Shown: positions 27,605 through 38,225, counted from the first letter of the stretch. The stretch: 64,000 nucleotides of DNA from Streptosporangiaceae bacterium (GCA_036258115.1 DATAEH010000081.1:22411-86410); one strand, 5' to 3'. A program made the numbers and translations. The notes: generated by a model from the sequence alone, not told the origin.

Positions 27605-29308
27605 ATGGTCGATGCGCCACGTGAGCGTGCCGATGAAGCCGCCGGTATACCGGCCGTCGGCGCTGCGGCTGGCAATAGCGAAGGCGAAGGCGCGGCAGCT
27701 CATCCGCAGGACCGAACGGCCGAACCCGCCGTCATGGGCGAGAACCGCCAATCCGCGGCGCTCGCAACGCTCTGCCTAGTCCTGTTCCTGACCTTCCTTG
27801 ACATCACGATCGTCAGCGTCGCGCTAGCGGGGATCCAAACCCAACTGCACGCTGGCGTGTCCGGGCTGCAATGGGTCGTGGGCGCCTACGCGCTGACCTT
27901 CGCCGCGAGCATGCTGACGTTCGGGACGCTCGGCGACCAGTTCGGCCGCAAGAAGATCTTGCTGGCCGGCATCTGCGTCTTCATCGCCGGGGCGGTCATG
28001 GCCGGGCTCTCGGTGATCGTGACGTCGGGATCGGCAGCGCTCGCCATCGTGATCGCCGGGCGCGCGGTCATGGGCGTCGGCGCGGCCGCGAGCGAGCCGG
28101 GCACCTTGTCGATGCTGCGGCACATCTATCCCGAATACAAAAGCAGGAACTGGGCGCTCGGCGTATGGGCCGCGGTTTCTGGATCGGCGCTCGCGCTCGG
28201 TCCGGTCGTTGGCGGGGCGCTGGTTTACGCCTGGACCTGGCCCGCGATCTTCTGGTTCAACGTCCTCTTCGGCCTGATCGCACTGGTCGGCGCGATCGTC
28301 GTGCTGCCGGAGAACTCGGATCCGACGCACCAGCGGATCGACCTCTTCGGGGCCGCGCTCGCGGCGATCGCGCTGGCTGCCCTGATCTTCGCCGTCATCA
28401 ACGCCGAGGGTGCAGGATTCGGCTCAACAGAAAGCGTCGCGCTGTTCTGCGTCAGCGCGGTCGCCGCCGCGGCATTCCTGTGGCAGGAGAGCCGCGCTCC
28501 GCACCCGCTCCTGGATCTGCGCTACTTGCGGATACCACAGTTCGCGACGCCGAACATCGTGGCTTTCTGCGCCTATTTCGCGACCTTCGCGATCTTCTTC
28601 TTCACCGCCCTCTTCCTGGAGGAGGTGACGGGGTACAACGGCGGCCAGATTGCGTTGGTCTTCTTGCCGATGACCGTCCTGATGATCCTCGCGTCGTTGC
28701 TCGCGGGACGGTGGACGGGATCGGTCGGCGTGCGCTGGTCCATCGTCGGGGGCTGCGCTGCCTTCGCTGGCGGCCTGCTCTGGACTAACGCCGTGATCAG
28801 CCCGCAGCCGCCATATCTGCCGCTCGCCTCGGCGCTCGCTCTCACCGGGATCGGCATCGGCGCCTGCGTCGTGCCGATCACTTCCTCGGTGCTGGCCGTC
28901 GTCCCACCTGAGCGATCTGGCATGGCCGCATCCACCACGAACACCAGCCGCGAGATCGGCGCCGTGATGGGGGTGGCGATCCTCGGCGCCATCGTGATCG
29001 GGAAGCTGCAGACCGCCTTGGTGGCGAGTCTGAAGGCGCTCGGCCTGCCGAAGAACATTCAGCAGATCGTGATTAACGGGGTGCTCACCGGCCAGGTGCC
29101 CTCCGCTGGCCAGACATCCAAGCAGGCGCCCGCCGGCCAGGCAAAACTTGTGCATGAGGTCATTCAAGCCACCTATTCCGCATTCCAGTCTGGCCTGCAT
29201 GACGCCTTGTACTTGTCGGCCGGCCTGGTCGCGGGAGCGGGCATCCTAACCGCGATCACGATAACCGTTTCGAGCGATCGCGAGCTGTCCGAGCATCCCG
29301 TCGTCTAG
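27605..29308 (+). CDS. MFS transporter, DHA2 (14-TMS EmrB/QacA-like) family
   Basis: LFLTFLDITIVSVALAGIQ, the GTLGDQFGRKK motif and about 14 hydrophobic segments. AAGGAA lies 6 nt upstream of the ATG at 27605. Confidence 0.85.
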   Translation: MVDAPRERADEAAGIPAVGAAAGNSEGEGAAAHPQDRTAEPAVMGENRQSAALATLCLVLFLTFLDITIVSVALAGIQTQLHAGVSGLQWVVGAYALTFAASMLTFGTLGDQFGRKKILLAGICVFIAGAVMAGLSVIVTSGSAALAIVIAGRAVMGVGAAASEPGTLSMLRHIYPEYKSRNWALGVWAAVSGSALALGPVVGGALVYAWTWPAIFWFNVLFGLIALVGAIVVLPENSDPTHQRIDLFGAALAAIALAALIFAVINAEGAGFGSTESVALFCVSAVAAAAFLWQESRAPHPLLDLRYLRIPQFATPNIVAFCAYFATFAIFFFTALFLEEVTGYNGGQIALVFLPMTVLMILASLLAGRWTGSVGVRWSIVGGCAAFAGGLLWTNAVISPQPPYLPLASALALTGIGIGACVVPITSSVLAVVPPERSGMAASTTNTSREIGAVMGVAILGAIVIGKLQTALVASLKALGLPKNIQQIVINGVLTGQVPSAGQTSKQAPAGQAKLVHEVIQATYSAFQSGLHDALYLSAGLVAGAGILTAITITVSSDRELSEHPVV

Positions 29309-29476
29309 AACGCTGGTCGCGGTCGCTTCCTCGGCCCGCTCGCCAGCACGGGCCAGTCCAGCAATCGCCTTTACCCCAGGCCGGCCATGTCGCGGCTACC
29401 ATGACGGCCGATGGGGATTCGGCGATACAAGGGCACTGCCGGCCGGCAACGGGCGGCGGTTCAGCGCGGGTGGCCG

Positions 29477-30184
29477 ATGGTCAGCGGACCGTGGGCCATA
29501 GCGCTGGCGGCCGGATTGCTCGCCGCCTGCGCGACCACCGCGGGGGCGGCCGGGCAGCACGCGTCCCCGGCAACCAGATCCGCGTCCGCAGCGGCCGCCG
29601 CGACGCCGTCCCCATCGCCAACGGCGTCCAAACTCGGGCCGGCGCCGGTGGCTCCCGGACAGGCCCGGCGCAACCAGACGCGAGCCAAGCCCCAGGCGCA
29701 CGGACCAGCGTTCCGCGCGATGGTCAACGACCTATGGCTCGCCGTGAGGACAGGCCGGGCGTCGTTCGCGAAGCCCGCGTTCTTCCCGCTGGCAGCATAT
29801 AGGCAGGTCAAAGCCATCTATGACGCCGCTGGAGACTGGCGCACGCGACTGTGGCTGGACTTCAGCCTGGATGTGAAGGCAGCGCACCGGCTGCTCAGGC
29901 CGCACCCGGCAGCGGCCAAACTGCTCCGCGTGGTCGTCCCGTCCGGCGCAGCCTGGATTGATCCTGGCGTCTGCTACAACAAGGTCGGGTACTGGCACGT
30001 AGCGGGCCCGAGAGTGGTCTACCGGCTGCGCGGGCAGGTGCGTTCCTTCGGTATCGCGTCGCTGATCTCCTGGCGTGGCGTCTGGTACGTGGTGCACCTC
30101 GGCGGCATTACCCGCCCCGCGGTCGGGATGGTGGACACTCCAGCGACCGGCCCCGGTTACCCGGGACCGCAAGGAGGGTGTTAG
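29477..30184 (+). CDS. lipoprotein, unknown function
   Basis: Signal peptide with lipobox LLAAC, an Ala/Pro/Ser linker, and a globular C-terminal domain ending in a Cys. Confidence 0.6.
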   Translation: MVSGPWAIALAAGLLAACATTAGAAGQHASPATRSASAAAAATPSPSPTASKLGPAPVAPGQARRNQTRAKPQAHGPAFRAMVNDLWLAVRTGRASFAKPAFFPLAAYRQVKAIYDAAGDWRTRLWLDFSLDVKAAHRLLRPHPAAAKLLRVVVPSGAAWIDPGVCYNKVGYWHVAGPRVVYRLRGQVRSFGIASLISWRGVWYVVHLGGITRPAVGMVDTPATGPGYPGPQGGC

Positions 30185-30194
30185 CCAGGCCGCC

Positions 30195-31124
30195 TCAGAC
30201 GTGCGGCAGCACCTCCGCGGCGATCAGCGCGAGGTGCTCGAGATCATCGAGGTCAAGCACCTGCAGGTAGATGCGCTCGGCGCCGATGTCAGCGAACTGA
30301 CCGATCTTGTCGACCAGCTCGGCAGGTGTGCCCGCCAGCCCGTGCTCGCGCAGCGCGGACGGCTCCTGCCCGATGGCCACAGCGCGGCGCTTCAGCTCCG
30401 CGTCGTCCCGCCCGCAGCAGACCGTCTGCGCGGCCGAGTAGATCATCGACGCGGCCGGCCGGCCGGCCGCTTCCACGGCCGATCGCACCCTTTCGAACGC
30501 GGCCTTGGTTCCGGCGACGGTGTCGAACCCGACGTTGTAGTCGTCGGCATAGGCGGCGGCCAGGCGGGGCGTGCGCTTGGCGCCGTGACCGCCGACGATG
30601 ACCGGGGGCCTCGGACGCTGCACTGGCTTGGGCAGCGCTGGCGAGTCCGTCACCGTGTAGTGGGCTCCTTCGTAGGAGAACGTCGCGCCCTCGGGCGTCG
30701 CCCATAGCCCGGTGATGATCGCGAGTTGCTCCTCGAGCATCGCGAACCGCTCACCCAAGCCGGGGAACGGAATTCCGTACGCGGAGTGCTCGTCGTCGAA
30801 CCAACCGGTTCCGAGGCCGAACTCGACCCGGCCGCCGCTCATCTGATCGATCTGAGCGACGGCGATCGCGAGCGGCCCGGGGAGCCGGAAGGTGAGCGGC
30901 GACACGAGCGTGCCCAGCCGGATCCGCTCGGTCTGGACGGCCAGGCCGGCCAGCGTCGTCCAGGCATCCGTTGGCCCGGGGAGCCCGCTCACCGAGCCCA
31001 TCTTCAGGTAATGGTCCGACCGGAAGAACGCGTCGAAGCCGAGGTCTTCTGTTGCCCTGGCGACTCGCAGCAGCGTCGCGTAGTCCGCTCCCTGCTGTGG
31101 TTCAGTGAAGATCCGCAGTTGCAT
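30195..31124 (-). CDS. LLM-class F420-dependent oxidoreductase
   Basis: MQLRIFTEPQQGADY...FDAFFRSDHY...GRVEFGLGTGW is typical of the luciferase-like monooxygenase F420 subgroup. The start is taken at the ATG at 31124. Confidence 0.85.
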   Translation of the reverse strand: MQLRIFTEPQQGADYATLLRVARATEDLGFDAFFRSDHYLKMGSVSGLPGPTDAWTTLAGLAVQTERIRLGTLVSPLTFRLPGPLAIAVAQIDQMSGGRVEFGLGTGWFDDEHSAYGIPFPGLGERFAMLEEQLAIITGLWATPEGATFSYEGAHYTVTDSPALPKPVQRPRPPVIVGGHGAKRTPRLAAAYADDYNVGFDTVAGTKAAFERVRSAVEAAGRPAASMIYSAAQTVCCGRDDAELKRRAVAIGQEPSALREHGLAGTPAELVDKIGQFADIGAERIYLQVLDLDDLEHLALIAAEVLPHV

Positions 31125-31158
31125 ACCGGCATCTTGCCGCATTAAGCGACGGATTGTC

Positions 31159-32445
31159 CTAGCCGGCCCGCGGCACAAGCACGGCCAGGCATTCCACGTG
31201 GTGCGTCATCGGGAACGCGTCGAACCCGCGGAGGTGCTCAAGCCGCCAGCCGAGCCTGCCGAAGACGGCGATATCGCGGGCCAGCGTCGCCGGGTCGCAC
31301 GAGACGTATGCGACGCGGGCAAGTCCGCCCGTGCAGAGCACGTCGATGAGCGCGCGGGGCGCGCCCGTGCGGGGCGGATCGAGCACGGCGATCGTCGCCT
31401 CACCAATCCCTAGCCTGGCCAGCACGCGCGACGCGTCTCCCCGGTGAACCTGAGCCCACGGCGTCTGGCGCAGGTTATGGCGGGCATCGCGCACCGCGGC
31501 CTCATCTTGCTCGACTCCGATGACCGCGCCACCGGGTCCGACGGCCTCCGCCAGCACTCCCGCGAACAGGCCGGCGCCGCAGTACAGGTCGAGCGCCGTC
31601 TGGCCGGGCCTCGGTTCCAGCGCGGCAAGGACCGCCTCGGCCAGCACATCGGCGGCTCCCGGATGAACCTGCCAGAAGCCCGCCGCACTCACCCGCCACT
31701 CCCGGCCAGCGGCGCGATAAGTCAGGAACCGGGGCGAGCCGGTGGACCCGGAAGGCGCGTCAGGATCGTCAACGACGTCGCCGGCGTCCGGACGCCCCCG
31801 GTCCCGGATGAGCAGGGCGCGATCGCCGGTACCAGGCGAGGCAGCCACCTCTACCCAGCGCGCGCCTGACCAGGTCCTGCGGGTAACTCCGGCCTGAGTG
31901 ATCAGCGGATGCGCGATCAGGCAGTCGCTGATGTGCACGATCTGATGCGACCTGTGCCGGAAGAGGCCCGCCCTGCCGTCTTTATCGACGGCGAACCGGA
32001 CTCTGGTCCGCCAGCCAAGGCCGGCCACGTCGCCCAGCAACTCCTGCACGCTCACCTCTCGCTCGAGGCCACCGATGCGCCTGAGCTGCTGACTGATGAC
32101 CTGCGCCTTAATCTCGCGCTGCGCAGGCAGGCTGGCATGCTGCCAGTCGCAGCCTCCGCAACCGCCGGGCCGTGCGTAGGGGCATGGCGCGGTTACGCGT
32201 TCGGGAGCGGCTCTGATGATTTCGGTCGCGTCGGCGCGAGCGAACTTCGCTGTCGTCTGCGTGACGACCGCCTTGATCAGCTCACCGGGCAGCGCGTGCC
32301 GCACGAACAGCACGGGCCGGGGGCCGTGCTGACCAGCTTCGGCGTCGCCAGGCCGCGCGATGCACCAGCCTCCGTGGACCGCCTCGCCGACCTCGAGCTC
32401 CAGGACGTCGCCGACCTCGAGGAGTTGCGCGTTCTCATTCCGCAC
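31159..32445 (-). CDS. class I SAM-dependent RNA (uracil-5-)-methyltransferase, TrmA/RlmD family with TRAM-like N-terminus
   Basis: Contains a Cys cluster (CPYARPGGCGGCDWQH), the SAM motif DLYCGAGLF and the catalytic YVSCDPATLARD. Confidence 0.85.
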   Translation of the reverse strand: MRNENAQLLEVGDVLELEVGEAVHGGWCIARPGDAEAGQHGPRPVLFVRHALPGELIKAVVTQTTAKFARADATEIIRAAPERVTAPCPYARPGGCGGCDWQHASLPAQREIKAQVISQQLRRIGGLEREVSVQELLGDVAGLGWRTRVRFAVDKDGRAGLFRHRSHQIVHISDCLIAHPLITQAGVTRRTWSGARWVEVAASPGTGDRALLIRDRGRPDAGDVVDDPDAPSGSTGSPRFLTYRAAGREWRVSAAGFWQVHPGAADVLAEAVLAALEPRPGQTALDLYCGAGLFAGVLAEAVGPGGAVIGVEQDEAAVRDARHNLRQTPWAQVHRGDASRVLARLGIGEATIAVLDPPRTGAPRALIDVLCTGGLARVAYVSCDPATLARDIAVFGRLGWRLEHLRGFDAFPMTHHVECLAVLVPRAG

Positions 32446-32598
32446 GCCACCATCGTGCCGTCTGGTCGCGGCGTCGACTTTACTGGGTAAGACTGAACGT
32501 TTTGCTCGGGGCGTTTTGCTGCGGAAGACTCCGCGCTAGCCCTGCGCCGCTCCAGGGCATAACGTTCTTCAGGCGCCAAAGCTGCTGGAAGGATGATC

Positions 32599-33273
32599 AT
32601 GCACATCGTGATCATGGGGTGCGGACGGGTCGGATCGACGCTAGCCCACATCCTTGAGGATCAAGGGCACACTGTGGCAGTCATCGACCAGGACGTCGAG
32701 GCGTTCCGCAAGCTGCGGCCCGGCTTTCGCGGCAGCAAGATAACTGGCATCGGCTTCGACCGAGACGTGCTGATCGAGGCCGGTATCGAGAAGGCGCATG
32801 CCTTCGCGGCCGTCAGCAGCGGCGACAATTCGAACGTGATCGCCGCCCGGGTCGCCAGGGAGTCCTTCGGGGTGCAACGGGTCGCGGCCAGAATCTACGA
32901 TCCGCGCCGCGCCGAGGTCTACCAGCGGCTCGGGATTCCCACCGTGGCTACGGTCCGCTGGACCGCGGATCAGATGTTGCGGCGGCTGCTGCCAGAAGGC
33001 GTGGCAACCCTATGGCGAGATCCCACCGGCTCGCTCGTGCTCGCCGAGCTCAGCTGTTGCAACGACTGGCTCGGCGAGAAGGTCAGCGCGCTGGAAGCAG
33101 CGGCTGACACGAGGATTGTCTTCATTTCCCGGCTCGGTGAGGCGCTGCTCCCCGGCCCTGGCACCGTCTTGCAGCAGGGCGACGTCCTGCACGTGATGGC
33201 CAAGGAAGATGACCTCAAGCAGATCGCATCGGTGTTCGCCAAACGTGGCGGTCAAGGGAGAGGGAGCCACTGA
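32599..33273 (+). CDS. trkA: TrkA-family potassium uptake protein (NAD-binding, CeoB-like)
   Basis: IVIMGCGRVGS Rossmann motif plus a C-terminal TrkA-C domain. GGAAGG lies 6 nt upstream of the ATG at 32599. Confidence 0.9.
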   Translation: MHIVIMGCGRVGSTLAHILEDQGHTVAVIDQDVEAFRKLRPGFRGSKITGIGFDRDVLIEAGIEKAHAFAAVSSGDNSNVIAARVARESFGVQRVAARIYDPRRAEVYQRLGIPTVATVRWTADQMLRRLLPEGVATLWRDPTGSLVLAELSCCNDWLGEKVSALEAAADTRIVFISRLGEALLPGPGTVLQQGDVLHVMAKEDDLKQIASVFAKRGGQGRGSH

Positions 33274-33938
33274 TGCGCGTCGCCATCGCGGGCGCGGGCG
33301 CCGTGGGCCGCTCGATCGCCAAGGAACTGCTCGAGAACGGCCACGAGGTCCTGCTTATCGACAAGAACTCAAAGGCCATCAAGGTGTACAGCGTGCCGCG
33401 AGCGGAATGGCTGCTAGCCGACGCCTGCGAGATCTCCTCGCTCGATGACGCCTCACTCGAGCGGTGCAACGTCGTCATCGCCGCCACCGGCGACGACAAG
33501 GTCAACCTCGTTGTGTCCCTGCTGGCCAAGACCGAGTACGGCGTACCGCGAGTCGTGGCACGAATCAACCACCCCAACAACGAGTGGCTGTTCAACGAGT
33601 CGTGGGGCGTGGACGTCGCGGTCTCCACGCCACGCCTCCTGTCGGCACTGGTCGAGGAGGCGGTGAGCGTCGGTGACCTGGTCAGGCTGATGACGTTCCG
33701 GCAGAGCGCGGCCAGCCTCGTCGAGCTGACCATGCCCGATGACGCCCCCCTCGTCGGCCAGCGAATCGGCGCGATCGAATGGCCGGCGGATACGGCGCTG
33801 GTCGCCATTCTCCGCGATGGCAGGGTGATCGTGCCGAATAGCGATGACCCGCTTGAGGCCGGTGATGAGCTGCTGTTCGTCACCAGCGAGGACGTCGAGG
33901 CCGAGCTTGGCCTGCTGCTGGCTACCGGGTCTCGGTGA
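33273..33938 (+). CDS. trkA: TrkA-family potassium uptake protein (CeoC-like)
   Basis: IAGAGAVGRS Rossmann motif and a TrkA-C domain. The start overlaps the upstream stop (TGATG). Confidence 0.9.
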   Translation: MRVAIAGAGAVGRSIAKELLENGHEVLLIDKNSKAIKVYSVPRAEWLLADACEISSLDDASLERCNVVIAATGDDKVNLVVSLLAKTEYGVPRVVARINHPNNEWLFNESWGVDVAVSTPRLLSALVEEAVSVGDLVRLMTFRQSAASLVELTMPDDAPLVGQRIGAIEWPADTALVAILRDGRVIVPNSDDPLEAGDELLFVTSEDVEAELGLLLATGSR

Positions 33939-34626
33939 TCTCAGGACCCCGGGTAAAGGGATCGGGAAGCTCCCAGTCCGGATGCTCCTCCGCAAGCTGC
34001 GCCTCGAGCGCCTGCCTGGCTTCCTCGGGCAGCCGGATCTCGAGCTGCTCACGAGGCGGGGCAGGGTAGTCGCCGCGGACAACAACGACGTCAGCGAAGA
34101 GCTCGTCGAACGGAGCACCCATCGCTGGCTCGGTGGCGGCAGGGCCGCTGACCACGCCGCGCAAGAACCATCGCGGGCCGTCAAATCCGAGGAACCTGAC
34201 CGGCTGAAGCTGCTCGGGCGTGCCGTTCTCCTCGGCGACGGGCACCTGAGCGCGCAGCTCGGTCCCGGCCGCGCCTTCGCTTTCCTGACAGCTGCCACCC
34301 GAGTCGGCGATGTTGGCCGCTATCTCGTGCCTGACCTCATCCCACAGCCCGCCGGTGCGGGGCGCGGCGAACGCCTGCAGCTGCATTCCGCTGTCGCCGT
34401 TGACGATCGCGACCCACGCACCCTGCTCCTCTGCGACATTGATTTGGACGTCGTAGCCCTCCCTGACCGGCACGAGCACGCTGCCGCAGTCGATCCGCTC
34501 TGACTCAGGGAAGTCGTCCGCGATGTCCCACGGGCCGCCCTGCGGCGGCGCGGCCACCTGGCTGTCGTCATCGGGCTCGTATAGGTCAGGCTGATCGCCG
34601 CTCTCGCGGCGGCGGCGTCGCAACAC
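33922..34626 (-). CDS. DUF3710 domain-containing protein
   Basis: GPWDIADDFP...IDCGSVLVPV...MQLQAFAAPRTGGLWDEVR matches the DUF3710 pattern. Its position next to dut matches the mycobacterial arrangement. Confidence 0.85.
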   Translation of the reverse strand: MLRRRRRESGDQPDLYEPDDDSQVAAPPQGGPWDIADDFPESERIDCGSVLVPVREGYDVQINVAEEQGAWVAIVNGDSGMQLQAFAAPRTGGLWDEVRHEIAANIADSGGSCQESEGAAGTELRAQVPVAEENGTPEQLQPVRFLGFDGPRWFLRGVVSGPAATEPAMGAPFDELFADVVVVRGDYPAPPREQLEIRLPEEARQALEAQLAEEHPDWELPDPFTRGPEITETR

Positions 34627-34676
34627 GTCTGTGCTCCCCTACCCAGTCGATCGCCAGCCCGGCGGGGTCGTGGCGC

Positions 34677-35171
34677 TCATGCCGGATCCCGCAAGCCGCC
34701 GGCATGTCCCCCGGTTGAACCGAATCCGCCCGCGCCCCTCGCCGATCCGGGCAACGTGCTTACCTCGCAGAACACCGCGCGTTCGATCCGCTGGATCACA
34801 AGCTGAGCAATGCGGTCCCCGCGCCTGAAGCTGACCGCGGCATCCCTGTCAGTGTTGATCATCGTTACTGCGATCTCTCCACGGTACCCCGCATCGATCG
34901 TCCCGGGCGCGTTGACGAGAGTTACGCCATGACGCGCCGCCAGCCCGGATCGAGGGTGGACGAACGCGGCGTAGCCGTCAGGCAACGCGATCGCGATTCC
35001 GGTAGGAACAACGGCCCGCTCGCCGGGGCCGAGGTCCACATCGCTGGCCGCGTACAGGTCAACTCCGGCGTCGCCTGGATGCGCGCTGGCCGGAAGCGGC
35101 AGGCCGCGGTCAAGCCGCCTGATGAGAACCTCGACCTGCTCAGCCCGCGTGGTCATCTCGGTGTTCTCCAC
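34677..35171 (-). CDS. dut: dUTP diphosphatase
   Basis: [16 protein letters not shown] and [11 protein letters not shown] motifs, with a C-terminal GFGSTG. Confidence 0.92.
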   Translation of the reverse strand: MENTEMTTRAEQVEVLIRRLDRGLPLPASAHPGDAGVDLYAASDVDLGPGERAVVPTGIAIALPDGYAAFVHPRSGLAARHGVTLVNAPGTIDAGYRGEIAVTMINTDRDAAVSFRRGDRIAQLVIQRIERAVFCEVSTLPGSARGAGGFGSTGGHAGGLRDPA

Positions 35172-35174
35172 GTG

Positions 35175-36494
35175 TCAGGGTGCCTCCAGGTCCGCGGACG
35201 ACACGGCGGGATCGTGATCATGATCACCGCGCAGGTACGGCCAGGCGTAGGTGACCATGGCCGAGATCGGCACCGCGATGATCGCGCCAGGAATGCCGGC
35301 CACGATACCGCCGACCGCCAGCACGACGATGATCGCGAGCGGATGCAGCCGAACGATCCTGCCGACCACGAGCGGCTGCAGCAGGTGGCTCTCGATCTGG
35401 TTCTCTAGCAAGAACACGGCGAGCAGGATGACGGCGGCGATCACGCCCTTTGTCGCCAGCGTGATCACGATCGCTAGCGCGCCCACCACCAGGATCCCGA
35501 CGAGGGGCACGTACGCGGCGAGGAACACCAGCATGATCAGCGGTACCACCAGCGGAACTCCGAGCAACCAGAGCGCAAGGCCGATGAAGATCGCGTGGAT
35601 GACCGCTACGACCGTGGTCCCGCGGATGTAGCTGACCAGGGCCTGCCACGCCGCGTCTCCCGCCATGACGGCCCGCCGGCGTGCCAGCGGGCGCAGCCCG
35701 CTGATCAGCCAGGACCAGATCTTCCGCCCATCCTTGAGCAGGAAGAACGTAATGAACACGGTCAGGATGATGCCGGTCAGCACCTCAAGGAAGTAACGGC
35801 CGCCGGTCAGGACGGTGCCCGCCACGACCGACTTGTGCTGGGCTATGTAGTTCAACAGCTTGCTCGACAGCTGATCGAGCCGCGTGTTGTTGAGCCGGAA
35901 CGGCGGGCCGGCCAGATAGGTCTGCACTTCGTGCACGGTGCGCCTGACTTCGGAGGCCAGCCTCGGGTAATCGGCCTGTACCCGGTTCGCGATCAAGGTG
36001 CCGATGCCGACAAGGACGGCGGCCGTCGCCAGGATCGTGCACCAGGTCGCGGCCAGCCCGGGCATGCCGATCCGACGGAGCAGACCTGTGAGCGGCTGGA
36101 GCAGTGCGGACAACAGCATCGCGGCGATCAGCGGGATGACGACGAGGCGAAGAGCGTCCGCCACCTTGAACGCCAGATAGATCACCGCGGCCACCAGCAG
36201 CAGCCGCCAGCACCACGCCGCCGTGTTGCGCAGCAGCGGCGGCACGGAGGAGTCAGCCCGCCGGTCGGCCGGAGGCACGCCTGCGCCCTGTTCCCGCCGG
36301 GTGCCTGTGACGCCGTTCCGCGGATACCCGCCGTTTTCCGGGCGGCCACCGTTCTTGTAGCCCGCCTGGCTCTCCCCTGCCTCGCCGCCGACAGGATCGG
36401 AGCTCATCGAGCTCCATGCGGCGCGCAGCCTGGATGCCAGCCCGCGTGCCGCTCCCCTCACGGACCCGCCGCCGTCCTCGCTCATGGCCTCCAT
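35175..36494 (-). CDS. AI-2E family (PerM-like) transporter
   Basis: A multi-TM core typical of AI-2E follows an N-terminal soluble extension. The ORF-track start at 37067 reads through the antisense strand of the DUF3093 gene, so the ATG at 36494 (or 36485) is preferred. Confidence 0.85.
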   Translation of the reverse strand: MEAMSEDGGGSVRGAARGLASRLRAAWSSMSSDPVGGEAGESQAGYKNGGRPENGGYPRNGVTGTRREQGAGVPPADRRADSSVPPLLRNTAAWCWRLLLVAAVIYLAFKVADALRLVVIPLIAAMLLSALLQPLTGLLRRIGMPGLAATWCTILATAAVLVGIGTLIANRVQADYPRLASEVRRTVHEVQTYLAGPPFRLNNTRLDQLSSKLLNYIAQHKSVVAGTVLTGGRYFLEVLTGIILTVFITFFLLKDGRKIWSWLISGLRPLARRRAVMAGDAAWQALVSYIRGTTVVAVIHAIFIGLALWLLGVPLVVPLIMLVFLAAYVPLVGILVVGALAIVITLATKGVIAAVILLAVFLLENQIESHLLQPLVVGRIVRLHPLAIIVVLAVGGIVAGIPGAIIAVPISAMVTYAWPYLRGDHDHDPAVSSADLEAP

Positions 36495-36515
36495 GTAACC
36501 AACTACGGTGGAACA

Positions 36516-37022
36516 ATGCGTGAGTACTCCGAACGACTCAGCGTGCCTGTCGCCTGGTGGGTGGTCGTCACCGGGTGCGTCGCGTTGCTTGGCACCACGC
36601 TGTGGGCGGGGCTGAGCCTGCTCTGGGCCATTGTCATCTACGCGGCGCTGGAGTCCGCCAGCGCGCTCGTGCTGCTCGCCTGGGGCGCCGCGACGATCGT
36701 GGTCACCGAGACCGACCTGCGAGCCGGAGGGCAGCGGCTGCCGCTCGCGAATGTCGCCAACGTGACCGCGCTCGACTGGGACCAGACCAGTGCCCTCCTC
36801 GGCCCTCGCGCCGACCCCGCCGCTTTCCTGATCGTGCGGCCGTATCTGCACCGCTCGGTCTGCGTGGCGATCGAGGGCCGGCCAGCCGAGCGGCCTTACT
36901 GGCTGATCGGAACACGGCGTCCAGCCGAGCTGGCCGCGGCGATCGAACGCGGGCGGATTGCCGCGCGAGACGATGCCAACGAGGGCGGGGCCCGGCGTCC
37001 CGCCACGGGCCCCATGGGATGA
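36516..37022 (+). CDS. DUF3093 domain-containing membrane protein
   Basis: MREYSERLSVPVAWWVV..., two TM helices, then LRAGGQRLPL...ALLGPRADPAAFLIVRPY. This is only the 3' part of ORF 35595..37022. Confidence 0.8.
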   Translation: MREYSERLSVPVAWWVVVTGCVALLGTTLWAGLSLLWAIVIYAALESASALVLLAWGAATIVVTETDLRAGGQRLPLANVANVTALDWDQTSALLGPRADPAAFLIVRPYLHRSVCVAIEGRPAERPYWLIGTRRPAELAAAIERGRIAARDDANEGGARRPATGPMG

Positions 37023-37067
37023 TGCTGCGGCAGGGGCGGGGAAGCGCGGCTCACGAGGGCGCCGCAC

Positions 37068-37352
37068 GTGAAAGGGACGGCAATGCCTGATAAGGGCAGT
37101 GATAAGGGCAGCAAGGCGCTCACGACGCTAGCCGGGGCGGCCGCCGCGTTCGTCGCGCGCAAGGTGATCATCTTCGCCTGGACCAAGGCCACCGGCAAGG
37201 AGCCGCCAGGCAAGGCCGAAGATCCCGAGGTGGCGATCGGCGAGGCACTGGCGTTTACGGTCGTGGTCGGCATCGGCGTCGCGATCGCGCGGGTGCTCGC
37301 CATCAGGCTCGTCAATAAACAATCCGCCCACCACGCGGCCGTGTCAGAGTAA
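37068..37352 (+). CDS. DUF4235 domain-containing protein
   Basis: 94 aa. LAGAAAAFVARKVIIFAWTKATGKEPP is characteristic of the family. Confidence 0.7.
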   Translation: MKGTAMPDKGSDKGSKALTTLAGAAAAFVARKVIIFAWTKATGKEPPGKAEDPEVAIGEALAFTVVVGIGVAIARVLAIRLVNKQSAHHAAVSE

Positions 37353-37427
37353 CCGCCGGCCATCGCGCCAGGAGCGGTTCGGCGAGCTTGCGCCTGCCTG
37401 ACGAGCGCGAGGCTCTACGCTGAGTTC

Positions 37428-38225
37428 GTGCATTCCAACGACAGGTCAAGGCTGTCATTCAAGGTCATGTACGGGCTGCGGCACCCCGGCAACATCGCAG
37501 GCTACCTGCGACGGCGCACGAGGGACGCCTGGTTGCAGGCGCGCTCGGACGACCACGTGAGCTATTACCGCGCGGTCATGCGATCCGACACCGCGCGGAA
37601 CCCGGAGGGAGCCGTCGGCAGTCCGAAGCACGAGTACTGGATCCAGGTCGGACAGCTCCAGTTCGATTACGCGACTGGGCACGGGCTCAAGCCCGATATG
37701 GCGATGCTGGAGATCGGCTGCGGAAACCTGCGGGCGGGACGGCTCTTCATCGACTATCTCGAGCCCGGCCGCTACTACGGCGTCGACATCTCCCCTGACA
37801 TCCTGATCGAGGCACAGAAGACGCTCGCCGCCTATGACCTGCAGGCCAAGCTGCCGCACCTGACCCTGATCAAGGACATGCGGCTGGAGTTCCTCCCCGA
37901 CCACGCCTTCGACTTCGTGCACGCTCACAGCGTGTTCTCGCACTCGCCGCTCGAGGTCATCGACGAGTGCCTCGAGCATGTCGGCAGGCTGCTGACTCCC
38001 GGCGGCTTCTTCGACTTCACCTTTGACCGGACCGAGGGCGCCGAGCATCACGTGCTGCGCGAGGACTTCTACTACCGGACGGAGACGCTGATGGCGCTCG
38101 CGGTCAGGCATGGCCTGCAGGCGCGGTACATGGATGACTGGGAGCAGACCGGCCATCCGCAATCGAAGATCAGGGTGAACGTGCCACGCACGTCTGGACC
38201 AGCGCCAGCAGGTGCGCCAATCTGA
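37428..38225 (+). CDS. class I SAM-dependent methyltransferase
   Basis: [13 protein letters not shown] (motif I), YYGVDIS and [14 protein letters not shown] content is somewhat lower than in the neighbours. Confidence 0.75.
   Translation: MHSNDRSRLSFKVMYGLRHPGNIAGYLRRRTRDAWLQARSDDHVSYYRAVMRSDTARNPEGAVGSPKHEYWIQVGQLQFDYATGHGLKPDMAMLEIGCGNLRAGRLFIDYLEPGRYYGVDISPDILIEAQKTLAAYDLQAKLPHLTLIKDMRLEFLPDHAFDFVHAHSVFSHSPLEVIDECLEHVGRLLTPGGFFDFTFDRTEGAEHHVLREDFYYRTETLMALAVRHGLQARYMDDWEQTGHPQSKIRVNVPRTSGPAPAGAPI

Noticed and set aside
29333-29354. Hairpin GGCCCG-N10-CGGGCC after the MFS transporter gene, and the small palindromes CACCGG-A-CCGGTG (27492-27504) and GTCAGC-G-GCTGAC (24746-24758)
   Set aside because: The stems are short (6 bp) and lack U-tracts. 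Such structures occur by chance in GC-rich DNA and are too weak to call as terminators.
32446-32592. Possible c-di-AMP (ydaO-type) or other riboswitch upstream of the trkA pair
   Set aside because: I could not find the conserved ydaO core elements or a convincing pseudo-symmetric structure. It is probably just a promoter and 5' UTR.
35595-36515. 5' two-thirds of the 475-aa ORF 35595..37022
   Set aside because: It is antisense to the AI-2E transporter gene. Only the part from the ATG at 36516 encodes the recognisable DUF3093 protein.
36495-37067. N-terminal 190 codons of ORF 35175..37067
   Set aside because: This is read-through on the antisense strand of the DUF3093 gene. The AI-2E protein plausibly starts at 36494 or 36485.
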